Positions 1 to 8,006 of a stretch of 28,252 nucleotides of DNA are shown piece after piece (positions within the stretch are counted from its first letter, which is position 1; each line of letters starts with the position of its first letter). The notes under the pieces were generated by a model. That model had not been told where the DNA came from. It worked only from the letters and a program-made list of their open reading frames with translations, and searched no databases. The stretch lies in assembly GCA_035540235.1 (NCBI GenBank), contig DATLGZ010000371.1, forward strand, positions 1 through 28,252. The letters run 5' to 3'. The DNA comes from Acidimicrobiales bacterium. Its GTDB lineage: Bacteria; Actinomycetota; Acidimicrobiia; Acidimicrobiales; AC-14. A program made the position numbers and the translations under genes.

Positions 1-33
1 CCCTGGGCGCCGCCCCCACGCCGGCGCCCAGGG
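1..33. repeat. Terminal inverted repeat/hairpin (12-bp perfect stem, 9-nt loop) starting at base 1
   Basis: 1-12 CCCTGGGCGCCG is the exact reverse complement of 22-33 CGGCGCCCAGGG. Confidence 0.9.
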
Positions 34-499
34 TGTTGATGGCGTAGAGCCGGCCGACGAGAGGGCCGGCGTCCTGCACCCGGTCGACGATGCCCCGCGA
101 CACGAGCGGCAGCGACAGGCCCATGAGCACGGTGGGGACCAGAAGGAGGGCGAAGTGGAACAGGAAGGCGCCGAGGGTCCCGCTCACGTGGGGCACCATG
201 GCCCGGTAGCCGTCGTAGAACAGTCGGATGCTCAGCCAGGCGAACCCCCCGACGCCGGCGTTGGAAAAGGCGAAGGCGAGCAGGGAGCGGCGGGGCCCGA
301 GGCGGTCGGCCAGCGTCCCCCCCACCAGGCTGCCGATGCCCAACCCGGCCAGGAAGGCGGACACCACCGTGGCGAACGAGAACAGGTCGACGCCCGCGTG
401 CATGGAGATGACCCGCTGCCACACGACCTGCAGGGTCAGGGCCGAGAAGCCCGTCACCGCGAAGAGCGCGAAGAGAACTGCTTTCAGGCGGCCCGGCAT
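1..499 (-). CDS. Fused MFS/spermidine-synthase-like membrane protein, N-terminal part (truncated by window edge)
   Basis: Not in the ORF track. Manual translation from ATG 499 gives MPGRLKAVLFALFAVTGFSALTLQVVWQRVISMHAGVDLFSFATVVSAFLAGLGIGSLVGG...PTVLMGLSLPLV...VGRLYAINTLGAGVG, the hydrophobic pattern typical of this family. No stop before base 1. Confidence 0.75.
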   Translation of the reverse strand, partial: MPGRLKAVLFALFAVTGFSALTLQVVWQRVISMHAGVDLFSFATVVSAFLAGLGIGSLVGGTLADRLGPRRSLLAFAFSNAGVGGFAWLSIRLFYDGYRAMVPHVSGTLGAFLFHFALLLVPTVLMGLSLPLVSRGIVDRVQDAGPLVGRLYAINTLGAGVGAAPR

Positions 500-526
500 G
501 CGGCGGTCACTATCGCGCAAGCGGGT

Positions 527-1318
527 CTACGCGCACCCGTCGGCAGCAGCCGGGTAGCTGACCGCCCACAGGCACAGGCCGGAGGCGGGCGCCACCCGTT
601 CCGCCGCCGCCCGCTCCCGGCGGAGGAGGATCGAGCGCATCTCGCCCGCCTTGCGGCGACCGGCGCCCATGGCGACCATGGTCCCCACCACCGCCCGCAC
701 CATCTGCTGGCAGAACGAGTTGGCCTCGATCTCGAACCGGAGCACCCCGTCGCCCGCCGCGACCCACCGGGCGTCGGTGACACGCCGCACGAGGCTGTAG
801 CCCTCGACGCCCTTGGGCGCCCGGCAGAACGAGGTGAAGTCGTGCTCGCCGATCAGCGGGTCACACGCCAGGCGCAGAGCGGGCAGGTCGAGCGGCTCGG
901 CCACGTGCCACGCAGTGGCGGCCAGGAAGGGGTCGGGGACCGGGCGGTTGAGCACGGTGTAGCGGTAACGCCGGCTCAGGGCCGAGCGGCGGGCGTGGAA
1001 CCCGGGTGGAGCGCACGCCACCTCCCGGGCCACCACACGGGGCGCCAGCTGGGAGTTCACCGACCGCTGTAGGCGGGCCAGGTCGAGGCCGGCAGCGGGG
1101 GCGTCGAAGGTGACCACCTGGCCCCAGGCGTGGACCCCGGCGTCGGTGCGACCGGCCACCGCCAGCTCGGGCGGCTCGGGCATCCGCAGGGCCCGCTGCA
1201 GGGCAGCGGCCAGGACGCCGCCGACGGTGACGGCATTGGGCTGGGGTGCGATGCCCGAGAACCCCCGGCCGTCGTAGGCGACGGTCATCCGCACCCGGAC
1301 GACCGCGCCGTCGGTCAC
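527..1318 (-). CDS. truA: tRNA pseudouridine(38-40) synthase
   Basis: AYDG, GRTDAGVHA catalytic motif, HDFTSF, F..QMVR..VG. GTG overlaps the rplQ TGA. Confidence 0.97.
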   Translation of the reverse strand: MTDGAVVRVRMTVAYDGRGFSGIAPQPNAVTVGGVLAAALQRALRMPEPPELAVAGRTDAGVHAWGQVVTFDAPAAGLDLARLQRSVNSQLAPRVVAREVACAPPGFHARRSALSRRYRYTVLNRPVPDPFLAATAWHVAEPLDLPALRLACDPLIGEHDFTSFCRAPKGVEGYSLVRRVTDARWVAAGDGVLRFEIEANSFCQQMVRAVVGTMVAMGAGRRKAGEMRSILLRRERAAAERVAPASGLCLWAVSYPAAADGCA

Positions 1319-1668
1319 ACGAGTTCGATGCGGGCCATGGGGGCGTTGTCCCCGTGGCGGGGGCCGAGCTTGAGGATACGGGTGTAGCCCCCGGGCCGAT
1401 CCTCGTAGCGCGGCGCGATCTCGTCGAAGAGCTTGAAGGCCATGTCCTTGTCGCGGAGGAAGGCGACGACCTGGCGGTGGTGGTGCAGCCCGCCCTTCTT
1501 GGCCTTGGTGATGATCTTCTCGGCCACGGGCCTCATGGCCTTGGCCTTGGCCTCCGTGGTGACCACCGCCTCGGCGGCGATGAGCGACGCCACCAGGTTC
1601 CCCATCATCGCCTTCTGGTGGGCGGCGTCGCCGCCGAAGCGGCGAGCCTTCTTGGGAGTGCCGGGCAT
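1315..1668 (-). CDS. rplQ: 50S ribosomal protein L17 (bL17)
   Basis: TTEAKAKAMRPVAEKIIT, RPGGYTRILKLGPRHGDNAPMA. Confidence 0.98.
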   Translation of the reverse strand: MPGTPKKARRFGGDAAHQKAMMGNLVASLIAAEAVVTTEAKAKAMRPVAEKIITKAKKGGLHHHRQVVAFLRDKDMAFKLFDEIAPRYEDRPGGYTRILKLGPRHGDNAPMARIELV

Positions 1669-1674
1669 GGGGGC

Positions 1675-2613
1675 CTACGCCTTGGTGCGGAGGGAGAGCC
1701 CCCGCTCGTCGAGCTTCTGGAGCACCTCGTCCAGCGACTTCTGGCCGAAGTTGGTGATGGCCAGCAGGTCGTCGGCCGTCTTCTGGACCAACTCGCCGAC
1801 GGTGTTCACTTGGGCCCGGCGCAGGCAGTTGCGGGGGCGCTCCGAGAGGTCGAGGTCCTCGATGGGCAGGTCGAGGTCGGGCGACCCGCTGCCCAGCACG
1901 CCGACCTCGCCCAGCTCCAGCGAGCGGGGCGCGTCGCTCATGTCGGCCACCAGGGAGACCAGCGAGCGGAGGGTGCCGCCGGCCGAGGCCAGCGCCTCGC
2001 GGGGCGAGATCGACCCGTCGGTCTCGATGTCGAGGGTGAGGCGGTCATAGTTGGTCGCCTGCTCCACCCGGGTCGGCTCGACGTTGAACGCCACCCGCCG
2101 CACGGGCGAGAAGATGGAGTCCACCGGGATGACCCCGATCACCGACGACTTCTTGTTGCGCTCGGCCGACACGTAGCCCCGGCCCCGCTCCACCGTCACG
2201 TCGATCGCCAGCCTGCCCTTGGCGGTGAGGCCGGCGATGTGGAGGTCGGGGTTGAGGATCTCCACGTCGTTGTGGGGCTGGATGTCGCGGGCGGTGACGT
2301 CGGCCGGGCCCCGCACGTCGAGGCGGAGGGTGACGGGCTCGTCGGACTCCACCCGCAGCACCAGGTCCTTGAGGTTGAGGATGATGTCGGTGACGTCCTC
2401 CTTCACCCCCGCGATGGTGGTGAACTCGTGGAGCACGTCGTCGAAGCGGATCTGGGTGACGGCCGCACCGGGGATCGACGACAGCAGCGTGCGGCGCAGG
2501 GAGTTGCCGAGGGTGTGGCCGAACCCGGGCTCGAGGGGCGAGATGACGAACCGCTGGCGGTTGTCCTCGGTGGTGTCGAGAGGCTCGACGGTGGGGCGCT
2601 GGATGATGAGCAT
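1675..2613 (-). CDS. rpoA: RNA polymerase alpha subunit
   Basis: MLIIQRP...EPLEPGFGHTLGNSLRRTLLSSIPG...DLSERPRNCL. Start placed at ATG 2613; the ORF track over-extends. Confidence 0.98.
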   Translation of the reverse strand: MLIIQRPTVEPLDTTEDNRQRFVISPLEPGFGHTLGNSLRRTLLSSIPGAAVTQIRFDDVLHEFTTIAGVKEDVTDIILNLKDLVLRVESDEPVTLRLDVRGPADVTARDIQPHNDVEILNPDLHIAGLTAKGRLAIDVTVERGRGYVSAERNKKSSVIGVIPVDSIFSPVRRVAFNVEPTRVEQATNYDRLTLDIETDGSISPREALASAGGTLRSLVSLVADMSDAPRSLELGEVGVLGSGSPDLDLPIEDLDLSERPRNCLRRAQVNTVGELVQKTADDLLAITNFGQKSLDEVLQKLDERGLSLRTKA

Positions 2614-2654
2614 GGCGTGTCCTGGGGGAGTTTGGGGCCCGAGGCCCGGGTGAC

Positions 2655-3278
2655 CTACTTGGAGTAGAGCTCGACGATGAGCGACTCGCGCACGGGCACG
2701 TCGATGTGCTCGCGCAGCGGGAGGTCGCGCACCGTTACCGACGTGCGGTCGGGGCCCGCTTCCAGCCAGGGGACGATGGCCCGGTCGATGGTGTCGAGGT
2801 TGTGGCGGAGCACGATCATCGACCGCGACTTCTCCCGCACCTCCACCACGTCGCCCTTGCGCACCTGGTAGCTGGGGATGGTGACGCGCTTGCCGTTGAC
2901 GTTGATGTGCCCGTGGCGCACCCATTGGCGGGACTGGGAGCGGCTGGAGCCCCAGCCCGCCCGGTACACGACGTTGTCGAGCCGCAGCTCGAGCATGCGC
3001 AGGAGGTTCTCGCCGGTGATGCCACCCCGCCGGTTGGCCTCCTCGTACATGTTGCGGAACTGCTTCTCCAGCACGCCGTAGATGCGGCGGGCCTTCTGCT
3101 TCTCCCGCAGCTGGAGCAGGTACTCCGACTCGCGCACCCGCCCCCGGCCGTGCTCGCCGGGCGGGTAGGGGCGCCGCTCGATGGGGCACTTCATCGAGTC
3201 GCACTTGGCGCCCTTGAGGAACAGCTTCATCTTCTCCCGGCGGCACAACCGGCAGACCGGGCCGGTGTAGCGGGCCAT
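2655..3278 (-). CDS. rpsD: 30S ribosomal protein S4 (Zn-motif type)
   Basis: [15 protein letters not shown]...KC...KC...RLDNVVYRAG. ATG 3278 overlaps the rpsK TGA. Confidence 0.98.
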   Translation of the reverse strand: MARYTGPVCRLCRREKMKLFLKGAKCDSMKCPIERRPYPPGEHGRGRVRESEYLLQLREKQKARRIYGVLEKQFRNMYEEANRRGGITGENLLRMLELRLDNVVYRAGWGSSRSQSRQWVRHGHINVNGKRVTIPSYQVRKGDVVEVREKSRSMIVLRHNLDTIDRAIVPWLEAGPDRTSVTVRDLPLREHIDVPVRESLIVELYSK

Positions 3279-3676
3279 CAGACCCTCCGCCGCTTGGGCG
3301 GGCGGCAGCCGTTGTGCGGGATGGGGGTGAGGTCCTTGATCCCGGCCACCTCGATGCCGGCGGTGGTGAGCGAGCGGATGGCGGTCTCCCGCCCCGAGCC
3401 CGGGCCCTTCACCAGCACCTCGACGCGCCGCACGCCATGCTCCATCGCCCGCCGGGCGCACGCCTCGGCGGCCAACTGGGCGGCGAAGGGGGTGGACTTC
3501 CGGGAGCCCTTGAAGCCGACGTTGCCGGCCGACGCCCACGCCAGCACGTTCCCCTCGGGATCGGTGATGGAGATGATCGTGTTGTTGAACGAGCTCTTGA
3601 TGTGCGCCACCCCGTAGGCGACGTTCTTCCGTTCCTTGCGGCGCGGTCGCCGCCCTCCGGGCTTCGGCTTAGCCAC
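3278..3676 (-). CDS. rpsK: 30S ribosomal protein S11
   Basis: [40 protein letters not shown] start with GGAG upstream. Confidence 0.98.
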   Translation of the reverse strand: MAKPKPGGRRPRRKERKNVAYGVAHIKSSFNNTIISITDPEGNVLAWASAGNVGFKGSRKSTPFAAQLAAEACARRAMEHGVRRVEVLVKGPGSGRETAIRSLTTAGIEVAGIKDLTPIPHNGCRPPKRRRV

Positions 3677-3740
3677 TCCAACTCCAGTCGATGAGATGCT
3701 GACGTCGGCCGTGGCCGCTCTGGTTGCGAGGCGAGACCAT
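3669..3740 (-). other. Intergenic bridging mini-ORF rpsM->rpsK (23 aa, [23 protein letters not shown])
   Basis: ATG overlaps the rpsM stop (TGATG). The TAA lies in the rpsK start region (GTGGCTAA). Translation not demonstrated. Confidence 0.5.
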
Positions 3741-4120
3741 CAGTGCTTCCTGACCTTCTTCTTCCCGGCGACGGTCTTCTTGGGGCCCTTGCGGGTGCGG
3801 GCGTTGGTGTGGGTGCGCTGGCCCCGCACCGGGAGGCCGCGGCGGTGGCGGATGCCCTGGTAGCACTGGATCTCGATCTTGCGCTTGATGTCCTGGGCGA
3901 CGTCGCGCCGCAGGTCACCCTCGACCTTGAGGTTCTGGTCGATGAAGCCCCGCAGGCGGGCGACCTCCTCGTCGGTGAGATCGCGCACCCGGGTGGAGGG
4001 ATCGATCTCCGTGCCCTGGCACACCTGGGCGGCCGTGGTGCGGCCGATGCCGTAGATGTAGGTGAGAGAGATCTCCAGCCGCTTCTCGCGGGGTATGTCG
4101 ACGCCGGCGATGCGGGCCAT
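3740..4120 (-). CDS. rpsM: 30S ribosomal protein S13
   Basis: [10 protein letters not shown]...[26 protein letters not shown]. Confidence 0.98.
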   Translation of the reverse strand: MARIAGVDIPREKRLEISLTYIYGIGRTTAAQVCQGTEIDPSTRVRDLTDEEVARLRGFIDQNLKVEGDLRRDVAQDIKRKIEIQCYQGIRHRRGLPVRGQRTHTNARTRKGPKKTVAGKKKVRKH

Positions 4121-4123
4121 CGA

Positions 4124-4237
4124 TCAGCCCTGCCGCTGCTTGTGCCGGGGGTTGACGCAGATGACCATCACCACGCCGTGACGGCGGATCACCTTGCACT
4201 TCTCACAGATCTTCTTGACACTGGGTCGTACCTTCAT
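4124..4237 (-). CDS. rpmJ: 50S ribosomal protein L36 (Zn-binding type)
   Basis: Below the ORF track cutoff. Manual translation [37 protein letters not shown]. Confidence 0.98.
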   Translation of the reverse strand: MKVRPSVKKICEKCKVIRRHGVVMVICVNPRHKQRQG

Positions 4238-4264
4238 TCCCTGTCCCTGCGGTCGTCGGGCCCG

Positions 4265-4489
4265 CTACTTGTACCGGTAGGTGATGCGGCCTCGGCTGAG
4301 GTCGTAAGGCGTGAGCTCCACCTGCACCCGATCGCCGGGCAGGATGCGGATGTAGTGCATGCGCATCTTGCCGGAGATGTGGGCCAGGACCTTGTGCTTG
4401 TTCTCCAACTCCACGCGGAACATGGCGTTGGGGAGTGACTCGACGACCGTCCCCTCCATGACGATCGTGTCTTCCTTGGGCTTCGGCAG
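4265..4489 (-). CDS. infA: Translation initiation factor IF-1 (probable CTG start)
   Basis: (L)[27 protein letters not shown]...[14 protein letters not shown] lies 5 nt before CTG 4489. Alternative ATG at 4459. Confidence 0.95.
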   Translation of the reverse strand: MPKPKEDTIVMEGTVVESLPNAMFRVELENKHKVLAHISGKMRMHYIRILPGDRVQVELTPYDLSRGRITYRYK

Positions 4490-4562
4490 GTGAACCTCCA
4501 ACTGGCGGACTGCGAGCCTCCGGCCGCGCGCATCGGCGCGCCGAGAGGACGCGGAGTTGGCC

Positions 4563-4568
4563 AGTATA
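4563..4568 (-). promoter_or_regulatory. Putative housekeeping -10 element (TATACT) for infA and the alpha operon
   Basis: TANNNT hexamer in the ftsH-infA gap, 73 nt upstream of the infA CTG. Confidence 0.6.
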
Positions 4569-4611
4569 CCCCAGGGAAGATGGCTGCTACTGCCCCGACG
4601 ATGAGGGCGGA

Positions 4612-6429
4612 CTAGCCGGCGGCCACCGCGACCTTCGGGCCACGCAGCTCGCGGGGCACGCCGGCCAGAAGGCGCTCGATCTCGGGCCCGGAGACGGTCT
4701 CGGCCACGAGCAGGCGGTTGGCCAGGGCGTCGAGCGCGCTCCGGTGCCGGCGCAGCACCCGCGCCACCTGGTCCTGGCTCTCGCCCAGCAGGCGGCGGAC
4801 CTCGCTGTCGACGGCGCCGACGACCTCGGCCCCGGTCAGCACGGGCTGCTGCCCGGTGGAGGCCAGCGGGTCGGGGGCCACGCTGACGGGGCCCACCCGC
4901 TCGCTCATGCCGTAGTCGGTGACCATCTTGTGGGCGATCCGGGTGGCGCGGCGCAGGTCGTCCTCCGCCCCCGTGGTCGGCTCGCCGAAGACCAGCTCCT
5001 CGGCCGCCCTCCCTCCCAGCAGCACGGCGAGCTGGCGGGCCAGATCGGAGTGGCTGAACAGCACCCGGTCCTCGGTCGGCATCGAGATGGTGTACCCGTG
5101 CGACCGGCCCCGGCTGACGATCGAGACCTTGTGCACGGCGTGGTCGTTGCCCAGCGCCCACGAGGCCAAGACGTGACCGCTCTCGTGGTAGGCGACCACC
5201 CGCTTCTCGCCCTCGGAGATCACCCGGCTGCGCCGCTGCGGCCCGGCCATCACCCGGTCGACGGCCTCCTCCAGCTCGGCCATGCTCACCAGGCCGCGCC
5301 GCCGCCGCCCGGTCAGGAGGGCGGCCTCGTTCATCACGTTGGCCAGGTCGGCGCCGGTGAAGCCGATCGTCGCCCGGGCCACCGCCCTCAGGTCGGCATC
5401 GGGGTCCAGCGGCTTGTTGCGGGCGTGCACGGCGAGGATCGCCTGCCGGCCGTCGAGGTCGGGGGCGTCGACCACCAGGCGGCGATCGAAGCGCCCGGGC
5501 CGCAGCAGGGCGGGGTCGAGCACGTCGGGCCGGTTGGTGGCGCCCACCACCAGCACGCCCGCCTCCGAGTCGAAGCCGTCCATCTCCAGCAGGAGCTGGT
5601 TGAGCGTGCTCTCCCGCTCCTCCTGCCCGCCGACGGAAAGGCTGGCCCGGGCCCGGCCGATGGCGTCGAGCTCGTCCAGGAAGACGATCGAGGGCGCCGC
5701 CTGGCGGGCCTGCTCGAACACCTCGTGGACACGAGCGGCGCCCACCCCGACGTAGACCTCGACCAGGTTGGCCGCCGACACCACCTGGTAGGGCACCCCT
5801 GCCTCGCCGGCCAGGGCCTTGGTCAAAAGCGTCTTGCCCGTGCCGGGAGGCCCGACCAGGAGGATGCCCTTGGGCAGCTTGGCCCCGAGCGAGCGGAACC
5901 GCTCGGGGTCGAGGAGGTACTCCTTGACCTCGACGAGCTCCTCCACCACGTCGTCCAGCCCGGCCACGTCGCCGAACCGCACGTCGGACAGCTCGGTGCG
6001 GGGCGTGGCCATCTTCACCGCCGGGTGGTGGGACCCGCCCTGAGTGGCCCGAGCGCCGCGACCCTCCGGCGTGGCCCGGGCACCGCCGGCCCCCGCGCCG
6101 GCGCGGTCGGAATGGCGTGGGTCGTGGCGCCGGCCGGCGCGCCGGTGCGACCGCCACCGGCGCCGCCCGGCTGCGGGGGCCCGCCGCTCCGCCACCTCGG
6201 GCAGGAGGATCTCGCCGGACGACGCCGCCATCGGGGCGGTCAGGTCCTCCAGCGTGCTCGTCGGCGGCACGTGGAGGGGGCGGGTGTCGTCGTCGCGCAC
6301 CCGGACGGGGCTCAGGCGCGGCGGCCGCCGGGGTCCGGCGTAAGCCCACCCGGCCAGGGCGGTGGCCAGGATGGCCAGGGTGGAGAGGACGAACAAGGCG
6401 GGAACGGGCAGCTCGGCGATGGGCGGCAT
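4612..6429 (-). CDS. ftsH: FtsH-family ATP-dependent Zn metalloprotease paralog with one N-terminal TM segment
   Basis: Walker A GPPGTGKT, Walker [44 protein letters not shown]. Start at ATG 6429 is uncertain; the ORF is open to 6498. Confidence 0.9.
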   Translation of the reverse strand: MPPIAELPVPALFVLSTLAILATALAGWAYAGPRRPPRLSPVRVRDDDTRPLHVPPTSTLEDLTAPMAASSGEILLPEVAERRAPAAGRRRWRSHRRAGRRHDPRHSDRAGAGAGGARATPEGRGARATQGGSHHPAVKMATPRTELSDVRFGDVAGLDDVVEELVEVKEYLLDPERFRSLGAKLPKGILLVGPPGTGKTLLTKALAGEAGVPYQVVSAANLVEVYVGVGAARVHEVFEQARQAAPSIVFLDELDAIGRARASLSVGGQEERESTLNQLLLEMDGFDSEAGVLVVGATNRPDVLDPALLRPGRFDRRLVVDAPDLDGRQAILAVHARNKPLDPDADLRAVARATIGFTGADLANVMNEAALLTGRRRRGLVSMAELEEAVDRVMAGPQRRSRVISEGEKRVVAYHESGHVLASWALGNDHAVHKVSIVSRGRSHGYTISMPTEDRVLFSHSDLARQLAVLLGGRAAEELVFGEPTTGAEDDLRRATRIAHKMVTDYGMSERVGPVSVAPDPLASTGQQPVLTGAEVVGAVDSEVRRLLGESQDQVARVLRRHRSALDALANRLLVAETVSGPEIERLLAGVPRELRGPKVAVAAG

Positions 6430-6558
6430 GGCGTGGCGATCTCCGGGCGAGGGCGGGAGGCGGGAAGCCGTCAGCCCCTGGTTTGGCCGACAGCGCACCC
6501 CTACCCCGGGGAGTGGCCTGGTACTCGCGAGGCGGCGAGCTCCGGCGACCAGTTCAGT

Positions 6559-7302
6559 TCAGTCGAGGACGGTGAGGACCTCGGGCCCGTCGTCGGTGAC
6601 GGCGATGGTGTGCTCGAAGTGGGCCGACAGGCTCCCGTCGGCGGTGACCACAGTCCAGCCGTCGTCGTACATGGCGGTCTCGGGCCCGCCCAGGTTGACC
6701 ATGGGCTCCACGGCGAGGACGTGGCCCACCTTGAGCTTGATGCCCCGCCCGGGCTGGCCGTAGTTGGGCACCTTGGGCTCCTCGTGGAGAGCGGTGCCGA
6801 TGCCGTGCCCCACGTACTCCCGCACGACCGAGTAGCCGGCGCCCTCGGCCACCGTCTGCACGGCGTGGCCGATGTCGGAGACCCGGCTCCCGTCGCGGAC
6901 CCACTTGATCCCCGCCTCCAAGCTCTCGCGGGTAGCCTGCATGAGCCGCTTGGCCTCCTCGTCCACCTCGCCGATCGGGAAGGTGCGGGCCGCGTCGGCG
7001 TGGTAACCCTCGATGATCGCTCCGCAGTCGACCGAGAGGATGTCGCCCTCCTTGAGGCGGTAGGAGCCGGGGATCCCGTGGACGATCACGTCGTTGGGCG
7101 ACGTGCAGATCACCCCCGGAAAGCCGTGGTAGTTGAGGAAGTTCGACCGTGCGCCGCGCCGCTCGAGCACCTGGCGGGCCAGGACGTCGAGGTCGTGAGT
7201 GGTCATCCCGGGCCGGGCCGCCTGCTCGCACGTCTCGAGCATCTCGGCCACCACCCGGCCCGCCCGCCGCATCTTCGCCACCTCTTCCTTGTTCTTGCGC
7301 AC
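6559..7302 (-). CDS. map: Type I methionine aminopeptidase
   Basis: CTSPNDVIVHGIP, DCG...YHADAART, GHGIG..LHEEP, EPM, SAHFEHT. Confidence 0.97.
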   Translation of the reverse strand: MRKNKEEVAKMRRAGRVVAEMLETCEQAARPGMTTHDLDVLARQVLERRGARSNFLNYHGFPGVICTSPNDVIVHGIPGSYRLKEGDILSVDCGAIIEGYHADAARTFPIGEVDEEAKRLMQATRESLEAGIKWVRDGSRVSDIGHAVQTVAEGAGYSVVREYVGHGIGTALHEEPKVPNYGQPGRGIKLKVGHVLAVEPMVNLGGPETAMYDDGWTVVTADGSLSAHFEHTIAVTDDGPEVLTVLD

Positions 7303-7308
7303 GGTTAG

Positions 7309-7314
7309 AACGTA
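7309..7314 (-). promoter_or_regulatory. Putative -10 (TACGTT) for a leaderless map transcript
   Basis: TANNNT exactly 6 nt before the map GTG, in an AT-enriched gap. Confidence 0.5.
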
Positions 7315-7317
7315 CCT

Positions 7318-7977
7318 CTATTCCGGTCGCAACCGGCCCTCGATGCCCCGCAGCAGCCGGGCCGTAACCGTGTCGGCGTCGCCGGTGCCGTCGATCGACG
7401 CCAGCTTGTCCTGGGCGAGGTAGTAGGCGACGAGCGGCTCGGTGCGCTCGGCGTAGAGGTCGAGCCGGCGCTTGATGGCGGCCTCGGTGTCGTCCTCTCG
7501 CTGCACCACCCGCCCGCCGCAGACGTCGCACGTCCAGTCGTCCTTCGGAGGGGTGTCGAGGCTGTAGGGGGCGCCGCAGATCATGCAGACCCGGCGGCTG
7601 GCGATGCGCCGCAGCACGATCTCGGTGGGCACCTCCAGCTCGATCACGAGGTCGACCAGGTCGGAGCCCATCTCCTCGTCGAGGGCCTGGGCCTGCTCGG
7701 CGTTGCGGGGGAAGCCGTCGAGCACGAACCCGTGGCGCGTGTCGTCCTCGGCCAGGCGCACCTCCACCACGCCGATCACCACGTCGTCCGGCACCAGCTC
7801 GCCGGCGTCCATGTACTTCTTGGCCCGGATACCGGCCTCGGTGCCGAGCTCGACGGCGTGGCGGAAGATGTCGCCGGTGGAGATGCGCGGGATCCCGTAG
7901 GTCCGCGCCAGCCTCTCCGCCTGGGTGCCCTTCCCTGCTCCCTGCTTGCCGAGGATCACGAGCCTCGGACCTGCCAT
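7318..7977 (-). CDS. adk: Adenylate kinase with Zn-LID
   Basis: GKQGAGKGTQ, STGDIFR, LDGFPR, CxxC...CxxC lid, REDD. Confidence 0.97.
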   Translation of the reverse strand: MAGPRLVILGKQGAGKGTQAERLARTYGIPRISTGDIFRHAVELGTEAGIRAKKYMDAGELVPDDVVIGVVEVRLAEDDTRHGFVLDGFPRNAEQAQALDEEMGSDLVDLVIELEVPTEIVLRRIASRRVCMICGAPYSLDTPPKDDWTCDVCGGRVVQREDDTEAAIKRRLDLYAERTEPLVAYYLAQDKLASIDGTGDADTVTARLLRGIEGRLRPE

Positions 7978-8006
7978 TGCCGCGCCTTTCGGTCAGTGGC
8001 GAGCCG

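Noticed and set aside
4234-4267. infA-rpmJ spacer frame ending in ATGA on the rpmJ start
   Set aside because: infA ends in TAG with no overlapping start codon, so it is not counted as a bridge.
6040-6200. Possible frameshift in the Arg-rich FtsH linker
   Set aside because: Third positions stay G/C-rich in the annotated frame, and the other frames give nothing more protein-like.
4265-6349. Apparent 694-aa fusion ending in IF-1
   Set aside because: An out-of-frame reading of ftsH that happens to lack stops. infA has its own -10 and SD.
4744-7308. 854-aa plus-strand ORF, and similar long plus-strand ORFs opposite secY, tuf, fusA and rpoA
   Set aside because: In-register antisense shadows of high-GC3 genes, where TTA/CTA/TCA codons are rare. 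No motifs.
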